In this document: positions 41,601 to 50,400 of the stretch, piece by piece | How positions within the stretch are numbered: the first letter of the stretch is position 1 | Layout: each line of letters begins with the position of its first letter | From: a virus | Taxonomy: Duplodnaviria; Caudoviricetes | DNA length: 64,000 nucleotides | Virus record (IMG/VR): IMGVR_UViG_3300033076_001341 | Span: 1-64,000 of that record | Strand: one strand, 5' to 3' | Notes under the pieces: generated by a model | What the model was told of the DNA's origin: nothing | Database searches by the model: none | Seen by the model: the letters and a program-made list of their open reading frames with translations, nothing else | Made by a program: the position numbers and the translations under genes

Positions 41601-44408
41601 GACTTTACCCTGAGCGACTACACGTTCAATTTTGATGTGGAGAATGTTGATCCAAACATCGTGAACAGCGATAACCCAACGGTTGATTCCATGGGTGTGG
41701 AAGTGGTGAACACGAAGGGTCTGGAGTTGACGGCAGAGATGAAAGACGTGGTGATGCTGGCAATGTTTATCGAACAGCAAAAGCAGGCAGAAGCGATTCG
41801 CTACGAACTGGGTCCGTTGACAGATGCACAGAAATCACTGTCACCGGATTTCAACACGATTGATCGTTTGAAGAACGTATACAGCAAAGACCGCGACGAA
41901 AGTGTGTTTGAAGGATACAAAAACATCTTTAGTGAGAGTCCTGTATACAACGACCTGGGTAAGAGTATTGAACTCTTTGATGAGATGACCTCGGAAGTGT
42001 TCCTGGAAAGAACACCTCTGGTAAAAGAATTGACCAAACAAATCAATGCGGCAATCTATGCAGCAAACCCGCAGCAGATCTCTTCGCATATAAAAAGCTA
42101 CCTGGCGCTGAACGTACTGAAAAATACGATCACCACCGCCATGCAAGATCCGGAGCTGGAGAAAAACTCTCCGGTAGTACATGCCCGCTACAGCAGCTTC
42201 CTGAGCATGCTCAACGCGGACTACTGGTATAACAACAACATGCCCAACACAATCAACCGTTTGAAGCGTGAGTTCCGTGGCAATGCATTTCTGGATGCTA
42301 TTGATGTGTTTAATGGAAAGAACGGACTAAAGCTTGTGCGCAGTGTAAGCAAAGCAAAGGTGAGTCCTGAACGGGAGATCATGATCATGAACGGACTGGA
42401 TCAGTTGTTGACCAACTCCGATGCAACGGTTCGTGAAGCAGCTTACCAGATCTTTTATTATTCTATCGTCAAAGACGGAATGTCGGCAGCTCCTTACAGC
42501 TTGCGCCGATTCCTGAACCCGGATAACTTCCGCGAGGTAAGTAACCAGCTTAAGAAAGTAGAGAAAGCATTTGACACACTTAACCAGGCGTACCAAGAAA
42601 ATGCTGGTATGGATTTCCGCAAAGCATTCGAGTCAGAATTCAAATCCTTGTTGGGTGAGAATTCTAGTCTGGACTTTGTGATTGAAGACGTGATGGAGAA
42701 GATCATCAGTATTTATGATCCGACGGCTGATGAGAGTAAAGTTAAGGTGCTGAACTATACCAATGAGCGTGGTAAGTTTACCGGCTATGGTGTCAAAGCA
42801 ATGCAAGAAGCAATTGAAAGCATGCGTCCTTCCATGGGTGCAGAGATCTTTGCAGAAGCGGAAGCAAATGCACACGAGAGCCGCAACCTCAAGCGTAAGT
42901 TCAAACTAAACAAGAAGCGTGCAGAAGATACAGGTAAACCTGTTTCCAACAACGACCTCTTCCTTCCGGATAGCAACGACGAAGTAGTCCTGAACATGGC
43001 AAACGCTTCCAAGTTAAACAACGAAATGTTTGACAAGATTGCGATGCACAACAGCATCTATCCTCGTCGCGTCAACGCCGAAACCCTGACCAAAGAGTAC
43101 AGCTTCCCGCTGTATGTAACCAATACGTACGGAGACCTGATGGTCCTAAACGAAGTGGACGGTCAGAAGCTGGGTAGCAAACTCTTTGATAAGATTGAAG
43201 AGCAGATGAGTAACGATGCATCGCAGATAAATGGTAATCCGTTTGTGGGAACCAAAGCGGTGTACAAGATCGTGAAACGCCAGGGTGATGCAAACATCAA
43301 CCCCATTGCATTCTCTACCAAGGAGGCAGTGAAGTTAAACGACTATGCAACCGGTGCGTTAACACCTTCTATCACCACCATTGATGAGACAGGCGGAACC
43401 TACAAAGGCATTACGGTACTGAGTGCAAAAGATATGGTGCGCCAGGGCACTGGTGAACCCGGAGCAGCAAAGTTCCGTCGTGCTGACAACACTATTGTGA
43501 TTGACCGCGATACGCTTTATGACAAGTACTACGAGAAAGCGTGGACGAGTCCCTTGAAGCAGCGTGATGGAAGTTTTGCTACGGCATTCCCGGAGAACAC
43601 GTTCAACAACTACAACGACTGGGAAACTTTCGTTCTGGAGCACGAGCGTCAGCACATGGTGCTTGGTCCAAAGCAATTGAATGAAGAGTACGGTGCGTAT
43701 GAGGATCGGGTGAATCGTGCAGCACTTGCTGCATTATTTCCCGGAATGGATCTGACATTTCTGGATGCAGCAACACAAGCTCCTGCAGACCAGAGTGTAA
43801 ATGAACCCATCCTGGTTTCTACTCCAGAGCAACCCCTTGAGATCTATGTCGATGGATCGCACATCAAAGGAACCGGTATGCTGGGATACGGCGCTGCTGT
43901 AAAACACAACGGCAGAACGCTCAGCATGAGCGGAACAGAGGAGAGCAAAGCGTTCAAGTCGTTCCAGGCTAAGTTCCCGTCTGCGAAGTTCTCTAATCCA
44001 ACAATGGAGATGCTTGGACTGGTGATGACGCTCAACACGTTTAAGGACACTGCCGAGCACCTGGTGATCAAGCAGGATTACAAGGGTGTTGTAAACTACG
44101 GTGCACTTTGGAATCGCTCAGAAGGATCGTTGCAGCGTGAACCTAAACCATGGAACGCGAAGGAAACCTACATCCAATACCTGGTCGACAAAGCGGTGGA
44201 GATGATCGAGCGCATCGAGAGCAACGGTGGTACCGTTAAACTTCAATGGGTGAAGGGTCACAGCAAAGACGTGATGAACGACGCTGCAGACGCTGCTGCC
44301 AAAGACAGAAGTGTATTTAACCAGTTCGGATTGTTATTCGAACAGAATTCAGTAGAGAAGGTCATTCAGTCAAAGACTGAGGAGTCCAAAGAATGTAACA
44401 ACAACTAA
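32625..44408 (+). CDS. Virion-packaged DNA-dependent RNA polymerase polyprotein (crAss/phi14:2 gp66-type) with two HExxH domains and C-terminal RNase H, 3927 aa
   Basis: FFGTRIPTEDKRSM followed by catalytic loop GSDKDIDAL (40350-40364; compare DFDID in phi14:2 gp66); HEAFH at 35640-35654; HERQH at 43641-43655; RNase HI motifs at 43836-44310. Confidence 0.85.
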   Translation: MSCTIDSKVLRTALEKALRTNPEKYRNLENSVRDVMRLSNLTDEVKVKVIAAYSELYKHLSRKSTAFELNNLDTFLDARVVPMIDDTSLSASRFTEALSMIQEQLGVTPATGTTQNIRAKELAVALSEAIESPLVGRYARIKAVADTVVQERSLLDAGMNDSQELNSVKLLENAIDKLQNSGMDKNTVRNLMKALSPALAQLRTPNSENGYIDLRLIPELSSNRFEAYLSDGSIVDLLKEGESYMILDENLQSTGEVYDLSANPAPKAVFPVPSSWIANDGATLLINGDEINTGLVMIGADLEAFSNEVMSSTNNPVNTVTVVANNSNAARNAARFNIIRQAVAQYPALANRTIETRESAAQVRALQSGKPVLTRARLSDGFSLQLVSPSGKMVTVLNYNDYVVVFPDNTTRRLDLENEEDLNLFAQLTNIRYTKGAAKNTVRPTTMDDLYMLRDGARRYKAFEAEVNALLDKGETTIPTSVFSKYFELQNQVYYNDFTNSYDTMEKVYGERFDQFVNKHNGGFSVDVVNINDKTNPTKRQLPAIFAPVYTTRNARRGDAWRPIELLGPDEYVLHEGKIYKWKEYVEKVLMSTMGDSISKLSLLSGHRYASLFPVSGTKHAVIPLIRNKQPKVTAQYADVLLNLGRFVANFTSTTPTKTYTNNFNNEVFGFEIVSGVRADFFTNIGKNGKPYLAVQFNAKDTHADAAFFNENASLLNFAVSSDPLDKIMETVKAFYESQGLDFVYESAADAKRIAEELNGLFTNAAGKEAVQKLQEEIDNIYQKFTKDVHTKFGKKLDSLLNHPEAETREMAQQMIGTKEKFMFQLFEQVENKPVLKVQNKETTYRDLSSYYTYKSNMFSRLSLRYNMVSPFERSEFSDALDEMETLVVPPIDLFTTEQDVENNFTMFPGATPESGSSRLDDFDMFDPFEGGAASLGDALQLAAFEQGEFQRQVDYIRERLPKDIAIDDLDKIVRNLDAEGNVLGYIKDKVIYLNENLSRPGTAYHEAFHAVFRYLLSPEERANLLSREYESMGIISESAIAEFRKQRRGLAHMSNTEVIELMAEERMADKFQSYAIKKTKPQTWYAKLFNLIQRLIEFFTKHKNEIEQTFDRIHSGFYSSASAKEYSGVEGAYQLIKTVPTMGLLDGKIKGFTESMNAADMMELRNMMVYEMLRTKNAAGMTADQRYDEVANMLRSYYNIDNFIRQRPDAESFIRSKYETKLRDFRYVLGGLQNGEKYAVLNLTGDPRYDNKFIDGTNEGVIAQNAQESYRQMKQMVLEIVENLNTTDTIENALATGAINETDSGDVVMQAKADVEETGAKDPDISLLETGTSDGDREFRKIFQFLVYEQEDFGVGITIRRPVDADKLFDSVKKITVNTPKAEILPQIRQRIETLEQDLEHINRLLGRISGYPAERDNTYELAQSLKAMMNMLTTTCGIENNIPTRNEAMFNQFHSVFYVASGEISRVDIKTKREFDAAGVAISSEMRVVDVAQTQDNFAALNKVIDGYNNTYRLLPETSDGGYFRASKKQIQADLKETMDIILERGSKEISTFYLENGEFSDAMVNKLADDLYVISSSAGLGLPRHFFHFSLVAMIQASGYRIPEGSEARSILMANTDIYKEKGYMTPSMLTAMRYMFSYSDKVPLFENTANKTRKSVVASFLPAMMYVTRYDQSIGQPVVMNTTGNKIYRFTLYSPNMQVVQDLQQLGLNEFVKDVYGQDFVSWFNDNPYLQEGVLSDLLQEYLKVGYLNGLSQQIDEGDNINTDVSKIDKKGYHLSNLALFADRKSYSRAGQKLTTFKRITSQNDATGTVFHVTGRYEEYMTTVGNAKTEFNGKKVSMISARLAGLIQQEYNRIQKEYQERDVNKTRYNDYNGKLLADGTVDTTSAKLRAYNFHHLDSFFLNEIGATDSSIVDENVAARVYMREQLIAAAKEGKSFADTLSSPALAPLFEQLDLYAQDEFEFFLENLENEKIIEKVGADYSTAFFDTSYKLNGENKTGALGNSLKTHLNDYFFNDWVNRLLVNQLFDGDKAVGIKSAVDYYKRLKSQAAAGKNAESASRIIKHGTSTYRHVVITTPGNKEIPVYFDPSDLTKPQQHSSEGMENYKAFEIMDGHVYQTLNHRMKFLSAEGKLDARSEEIIRSLRYKRASFEEIEYLESRGIQLNPQKTVTAHPIHYLKMSEHYINRLTVSYYRAADKRAARDRVAEMYKLLDLYEGQLDLGIEVNENGESIERLYRDTVTKIHQEFAPINGRQMLHSMLNNMEYHRLGQLSDNSASKRGTIIPASVTIEQLESGDTYWDLDNHVATIPMRYAYNQVATEMHHHDVTDSIQPKLLIDTDIDLKDPNVPEDLKKLVRTYRTLLNNMSVNSRKKFERVVKKGGKIDTANFYKMIQESLQKQGAPQHMLKMWDVVDGEPVHSANLPGITEALKYYVFSSANASLFQPKAPGYKFYHGSSFGYKIIVDENDVPVPDEEIRKNPEKYNNYETRYPSFRKTINAEGVEEYYVEVLIPRPTSTNPKKLRVLEKSLEEFFGTRIPTEDKRSMVRVKVAGYIDATYINTIVVPEQIHYLSGSDKDIDALYVRMLGTYDNVLGELNIYGDYSEYEDRYGMDAKTARFVEYLHYMMNDPFFGPLVSKELRRMKEDAGYKVENLKESAAMFGPKVQEFFTRSMDDIMSAMQSRFRDLKESKQIQTTGKKFTSFEDLRDIVDAQGDESSVELQRQLRLLEKMAAVVNVLQGTDMPVTAEELMKYEKANGSPVIPIIQNEITSVMNKILGHNYVFDNLYSKEFSNADIYKNAVDKLGRDEKDTIGQSNFATITSVSNVRDSNKSAKRGIEIFAAFNKGLSIAVKHGLKLQEPIWNINGKTYKSFSIEDGDDPSRQRAHALIGNSLGMSADAAKNPYPAVLSLNQYNMAVTATMLSLGIDPYLSIYINLMPSVKNAVSVYEAEAEGSVRRSYKNGTSLSTHLFNTLTYKLNELSVGDAAQQAFAKDFTLSDYTFNFDVENVDPNIVNSDNPTVDSMGVEVVNTKGLELTAEMKDVVMLAMFIEQQKQAEAIRYELGPLTDAQKSLSPDFNTIDRLKNVYSKDRDESVFEGYKNIFSESPVYNDLGKSIELFDEMTSEVFLERTPLVKELTKQINAAIYAANPQQISSHIKSYLALNVLKNTITTAMQDPELEKNSPVVHARYSSFLSMLNADYWYNNNMPNTINRLKREFRGNAFLDAIDVFNGKNGLKLVRSVSKAKVSPEREIMIMNGLDQLLTNSDATVREAAYQIFYYSIVKDGMSAAPYSLRRFLNPDNFREVSNQLKKVEKAFDTLNQAYQENAGMDFRKAFESEFKSLLGENSSLDFVIEDVMEKIISIYDPTADESKVKVLNYTNERGKFTGYGVKAMQEAIESMRPSMGAEIFAEAEANAHESRNLKRKFKLNKKRAEDTGKPVSNNDLFLPDSNDEVVLNMANASKLNNEMFDKIAMHNSIYPRRVNAETLTKEYSFPLYVTNTYGDLMVLNEVDGQKLGSKLFDKIEEQMSNDASQINGNPFVGTKAVYKIVKRQGDANINPIAFSTKEAVKLNDYATGALTPSITTIDETGGTYKGITVLSAKDMVRQGTGEPGAAKFRRADNTIVIDRDTLYDKYYEKAWTSPLKQRDGSFATAFPENTFNNYNDWETFVLEHERQHMVLGPKQLNEEYGAYEDRVNRAALAALFPGMDLTFLDAATQAPADQSVNEPILVSTPEQPLEIYVDGSHIKGTGMLGYGAAVKHNGRTLSMSGTEESKAFKSFQAKFPSAKFSNPTMEMLGLVMTLNTFKDTAEHLVIKQDYKGVVNYGALWNRSEGSLQREPKPWNAKETYIQYLVDKAVEMIERIESNGGTVKLQWVKGHSKDVMNDAADAAAKDRSVFNQFGLLFEQNSVEKVIQSKTEESKECNNN

Positions 44409-44409
44409 G

Positions 44410-47400
44410 ATGGCTTGCAGTATTATACGTAACAAATCAGGAGAAATTAAAACAGTCCTTGCATCAAACGGTAAGGACTCTATCCTGTACAAAGAGATTC
44501 TTCAACTTCCCACTATTGCGGGAGACAAGGAAACAGCACTGAGGATGTGGGCGATTGCTTACACCCCGGAGTTCAAGACCCGTCATGGAGATTGGGAACA
44601 AGCTAAAAGTACCATCAACCTGGACGCCAACGGTGAACCGGTGGTTGGATACGTGGGTGCTTTTGCTAACCTGGCAGCTGTCAACTACAGCCTGAATGCA
44701 GAGACTGTGACCTATGACAAGGAAAAGCAGCGACTGGAGCAGCAGTTCAAGCTGCGCTTTGGGGCGTCTAACACGGACAGCCAGCGCAAAGCAATGGACA
44801 TGGTTCGCCAGATCAACGCCGTCGCACTGACCGGTGAGGCGTCGCTGTACACGTTTACGGATACCCAAGGCAAACCGATGTACATGATTCACTTCACCGA
44901 GGTGAGTTATGACCAGATGAAAGACATCAACGGGTTTGACACCAGTGATTCGTCATATCGTGCTGAAAAAGAGCAGGTGCAGCAAGTGCTGGACCGGTTG
45001 ATGAAGTCTGTTCCTGGAGTAAAGGCACAATGGATACACCCCACGGAATTGCAGGCAGCCGATCACCCCAATAAGAATCTACGTTCTATCAACGCTTATG
45101 TAAAGGGAGACACCGTGTACCTGGTGGAAGGACGGGTGACTCCGGACATTGCCATGGAAGAAGTGTTGCACTTTGTAGTGGAGATGCTCAAAGTAGATCG
45201 TCCTGCACTGGCAATGCGTTTGTTCAACCAGGCAAAAGCAGCAGTGCCTGCCCTGTGGAACGAGATTGAAACAACCTACACCGATGAGCGTGGGTTTACT
45301 GCAGCCAACCGCAAGAGTGAGCTGATCACCCGGATGTTGCAGAAAGAATACCGCAACGAGATTGAGACCAACCCTGCCCGTGAGTTTGCAGAGATGCGCA
45401 CGGTACTGGGAAACATATTTAAGTGGTTGACAGATTTACTTAACAAAGTATTTGTCGACAAAGCATACGGCGACACAGCTGTGGTGGATTTGCGCGAGCT
45501 GCCACTAAACACTACGTTCAACGAGCTGGCAGTGATTCTGAACACCCGCAACGTCGTGATTGAAGCATTCAGCATTGATGATGTACTCTACAACCTGGAA
45601 GAAGCAGAGAATGAAGATCTGGAAAAAGAACTTCCTGTCCCCGGTGAAGAAGAGAAGCGTGGAGACGCTGTCTGGAAAAAGAAAATCCTGGAGCGACAAC
45701 TGGAGCGTGTGGACAAGCAGCTGGACTACTTAGCACTGGCAGAAAAGAACTACCGTCCCAACCCCGCACAGAAACTTACGCTGGGTAAACTGCGCACGCA
45801 GCTGGAGGAGTACAAGCAGATCCTGATCAATACCCCCAATAAGACACGTCGCGTGTCCCGGGTGATTGGGCAGACGGATGTAACCGGCGCAGAAAACTAC
45901 GCAAACTTTGGAACTTTCGTGCACAACATGCTGGAGGAACTGCAGGTACGGTCTCTGGAGACCAAGCAGGCACCTATCGTATTGTTCGAGCGGGAGGATT
46001 TTGATATTCGTTACCGGGAAACCATGGATAATCCCAAGACTGCGTTTGAATTCAAGGGGATGACGCAGGAGGATGTCTATAAGATGACCAAGGAGATTAT
46101 CGGTTTCCTGGGTGACGTGTACGCTCAGGGACAGATCCTGATCCCGGAGATGACCATGATCAGCAAGGACCCGCTTCGTGGTGCCATTGTGGGTCGTATT
46201 GACTTTATGGCGGTAGACAAGAAAGGTCGTGTCACCGTGTACGATTTAAAGACTGCTCGGATTAATGCCGGGGACCTGCCGCACAACAAACTGAACAAGG
46301 AGTTCAAGAAGGAGACGTTTCTTCCAGGAGTAACTCCTGAATTCGGGATGCTCAAGATGCGCAGTAAGTTCATGGATTACGATGCACAGCTCAGCGTGTA
46401 CGAGCGCATGATGAAGCAAGCAGGTATTGAAGTCAACGAACGCATTATCCTGAGTTTGATTTACGCAAACAAGAACAAGAGCGTTGTTGCCAGCGGAAAG
46501 GAATTTGAATTCGCCAGCGCACGCGTGCACCGCTACAGTGAGTTTGACTATGCGTACCGCACCGAGTATGAGTATGACCAGGAAGGCAACGTAACAGGCG
46601 AATTCAGAGTGCTTCGCCGTGAATTCATGCGTATCCGGGAGGCAGCTAAAGATGCTGTTCCCATTGAAGGAGAAACGTTCGAGGAATACAACCAGGACCA
46701 GATGCGCGAAGGCGTAAACTACTTTGGGGTGTTTAACGATCAGACCCTCGATGAGTTTGTGGACATGATGGTAGAAGGTATTGACGATCAGCTGGCGCAG
46801 CTTCGCAACGAACTCAAGAAGAGTGATGCGTACTTCAGCGATCCGAAAGTAAAAGAATATTACCAGGACCGCAGCAAGCAACTCTACCAGATCAAAGAGG
46901 AGATGCTTAAAGCAAACGACGAAGAGAAACTAGCACTTGCTAAAGGGATCAAGTTGTCGGCTGCTGTAGCGAGTCTGAATTTGAGTGCTAAACAGATCGA
47001 AGAAGAAGCAGCGCGTCTGGAAGGATTGAATCTGTCGTTGGAAGAACGCCTCAAGCGTCTTAGTCAGATCAAAAACGAAGCAGAACACCTCGATGAAGTG
47101 CTCGGTGTAATTCAGGAAGTGGGTGAGCGCACCAAGCTTGCCAGTACCGATCCGTTGATGCAGGTACTGAGCAGTTCAAGATCTGCGCTCAAGAGTGCTA
47201 TTAGCAAGTACCGCAAACAGGGTGAGGAGATTATGATCGAGGTAATCAAAGAATCGGTCCCTGAAGAACTCATCAGTGAAATCTATAAAGACCGGGGTGA
47301 ATACCTGCAAGGGGTTGTCCGTGGACTGGAGCGAGAGATTGCTGAACTGGAGAACCCAGAATGGCGTCCGCCGGTATGGCAGCTGCACAAGCGTTTTGCA

Positions 47401-50400
47401 TACAAACCAGAAGACATCAACCAGATCCGCCAGGAGAAACTTGCAGAGAAAAAGAAGGAACTCGCTACAGCAATTGCCGATCAAAGCAAAAAGACGCTGA
47501 GCGAAAAGGATATTCAGGACTATGTCCATGCACTGACCAACAACAAGGACGCAGCGCTTTACATTGGTAGCAACACCAGCACTACCCGTATTGGTTTTGG
47601 TTTGGGTGACTTGATCAGTAACTCGACCAACCCGGAGTTGATTGTGTTTGCTGTGTTTAACAAACTCAGAAACCTGACCAACGATGCACAGAACAATGCA
47701 ATGAACAACTTCTATGAGATGGATTTTGACGGTAAAGTCAAGTCGTTCGTCTCCAGGAAGGGAGGAGAATCTGCTGCCAACGCTGTACTGCGTGAACGTA
47801 GAACGGTGACGTACTTCAACGAAGACGGTACTACTTACACCAAGGATCACTATTCGTTTAAGAATCCGGTGACCCAGGAGTACTTTGACTACATCGACCA
47901 GCAACGTCGACTCATTAGTGACAAGCGTAAGTTACTGCGTGATCTGCGCAAGCAGCGTAATGCTGATCCTTCCAACACGGAAATCAAAGACCAGGTGGAA
48001 GCGCTTGATGCAGAACTAAACAATGACGTCGCTACTTACAACCAATGGTTGAAGGAAAACACCGAGCGTGAATTCGTGGACGATTACTATGAGTTGAGTG
48101 TGAGTCTGCCGGCAAACGTGCAGAACGAACTCAACGAGATCGACGATGAGATCAGCCGTGTTCGCTCCACCAAGGTCGGTGCAGAGGAATTGCTCACTGA
48201 GCTGGAACTCGAAAAGATCGATGAGTTGGAACTGAAGAAGAACAAACTCTTCCAGGATGCAATTAAGGCAGATCCGGAGTATCAGGAAAAGATGCAGCGC
48301 TACCGCGAGCTGAAGACCTACGATGAGAACTGGGGACTGTATAACAAGTTCCGTGCAGAGAAGATGGCTGCCTACGGTGCAAACTCTGAGGAGTTCAAGC
48401 GTTGGGAGAAACTTAACAAATTCAGACGTCCTTCTGAGAAATACTACAAAGAGATCGAGCGTATCTATAGCCGGATCAACAAGATCATGGGTGAGCAGGA
48501 CGAGGAACTTAACATGCTCATGGGAGAGCGTGCAAAGATCCGACGCAAGTACAAGCTGAACGGAACGTTCTTCTCCGGTAACATGGACGCCGCTGACATC
48601 GAGGCGTACGATAAACTCGAAGCAAAGATTGAAGCGATCCGTGAGAAAGCTGCCATGGAACAGGAAGAGTTTGGTGAAGAAGGTGGATTGTCCCTGGAGG
48701 TACGCAAGCAACTGGCACCTCTTTATGATCGCCTGAGCAAGCTGCGCAGTAAGAAGAACACGGAGAGCTATACCAATGAGCTGAACAAGCGTGTGAACGA
48801 ACTGGAGGTTGCTGGTAACATCCTGCGTTCTTATGAGTCCATGATGGATCAGGACGGTACCTCTTCGTTCAAGAATGAAAAAGACCTGGAAGAGAAATAC
48901 CATGCTGCCGAGCAGAACTACAATACGATTGAAGATCAGTTTGAGCAGTGGTACAACAAGAACCACGCAAACACCTACACGGTGGGTACATTCCGTAACG
49001 GAGAAGCGCTTGATCCAAAACCCAAGACGTTCCACTACGAGTTTGTTCCCCGGGAAGATCTGGCTGATGAGTACTTCGAAGAAGTATTGCACCGCCGCTA
49101 TCGTTTGTCCCGTCCGACAGAAGCTGCCAAGAACGACAAGTTCCAGCTGACTCCGGAAGGATACCCTGTACCCAAAGGACTGCAGTTAAAAGACAACCGC
49201 TGGGAGATCAGTGGATCGAACCCATACATCAGCAATGACTTTATTGAGCTGACACAGAATCAGCAGGATTACGATTTCTACAACTGGTTGGTAATGGATA
49301 ACTACATTGCCCGCCAGGACGGTACTGCCGGCAGAAAACTTGGATTCCTCTTTCCAGGAGTGCAGATGAATAAGATCGACAACGTCAAGCAGTTTGGCAT
49401 GATGCAGGGAATTCGTCGGGAAATAGAAGAGACCACAGCAGAAGTTACGTTGGGTAAAAACAAAAGTGACATTGATCTAGCGTCTAACGAGTACAATACG
49501 ACCGGGCGGATGCGTGTGCGTTTCAAGTACAACTTCCCGATGGAAGCGGACATTACCACGACCAATGGTATCACTGCCGTGGGTATGTGGATGGTGGAGC
49601 GTGAGATCAACCACGAGATGGGTAAGGCGGATGTTGCCTTCAGTGCAATCATTGATGCAATGGAAGCCATGCGTGACCACGTGCATGACACCAACAAACT
49701 CAACCAGCTTAACAAAGCAATTGAATTAGTCACCTTCGAGCGTGACAAGTTTATCTACGGTAAACGCATGAAAGGTGATGACGGAGATGTCAACAAGATG
49801 AAGGCATTGCGGATGTTCATGAAGGCAGTGAGTTTTGGTCGATTGGGTTTTGACTTTGCAGCGCAGACCGGTAACATGCTTTCCGGTAACGTGCAGACGT
49901 TCCTCAATGCGCAGGACGGTGATTACACGTTGTCGAACCTGGCTACAGCTAAGAAGCAGACCTATAACATCCTGATGAACATGGTGCGTGACTATGGTAA
50001 AGTGAGCGACGTGTCGTTCGAAACCAAGTTTGTGCGTTTCATGAACCCTTCACAAAAGGAACTTTCTGAACTCATTGACCTGAACACCAAGACACAGCTG
50101 GATCGTTTCCTGACAAAGAGTATGGACCTGGGTAATCTGAGTTACATGCTCCAGGATAAAGGGGAAATGGAAATTGCGATTACCACCATGACCGCCGTAC
50201 TGGATCACCACAAGTTCAAAGTGTTTGACCTGGACAGCAGCGGCAACAAACAGTACGATGCCAACGGAGAAGTGCTGTACAAGATGAAAGATGGTGAAGT
50301 GGAACTGGCTACTGGTTGGACAGCGTTTACTGAAGACGCCAGTGGGCGGATCGTTTCTCGTCCGGATGTAGACATCACTGAGCAACAGGTCAAGATGCTG

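Noticed and set aside
43836-44310. Retroelement, DGR or retron suggested by the RNase H
   Set aside because: No reverse transcriptase motifs, and no template/variable repeat pair was seen in the window.
32590-44420. Split intein explanation for the terminal cysteines
   Set aside because: No Hint-domain-sized segments or HN/C splice junction motifs; only 2-3 residues follow the C-terminal Cys.
45850-46480. Cas4 or a CRISPR system
   Set aside because: The nuclease lacks Fe-S cysteines, and no repeat-spacer array or other cas genes are visible.
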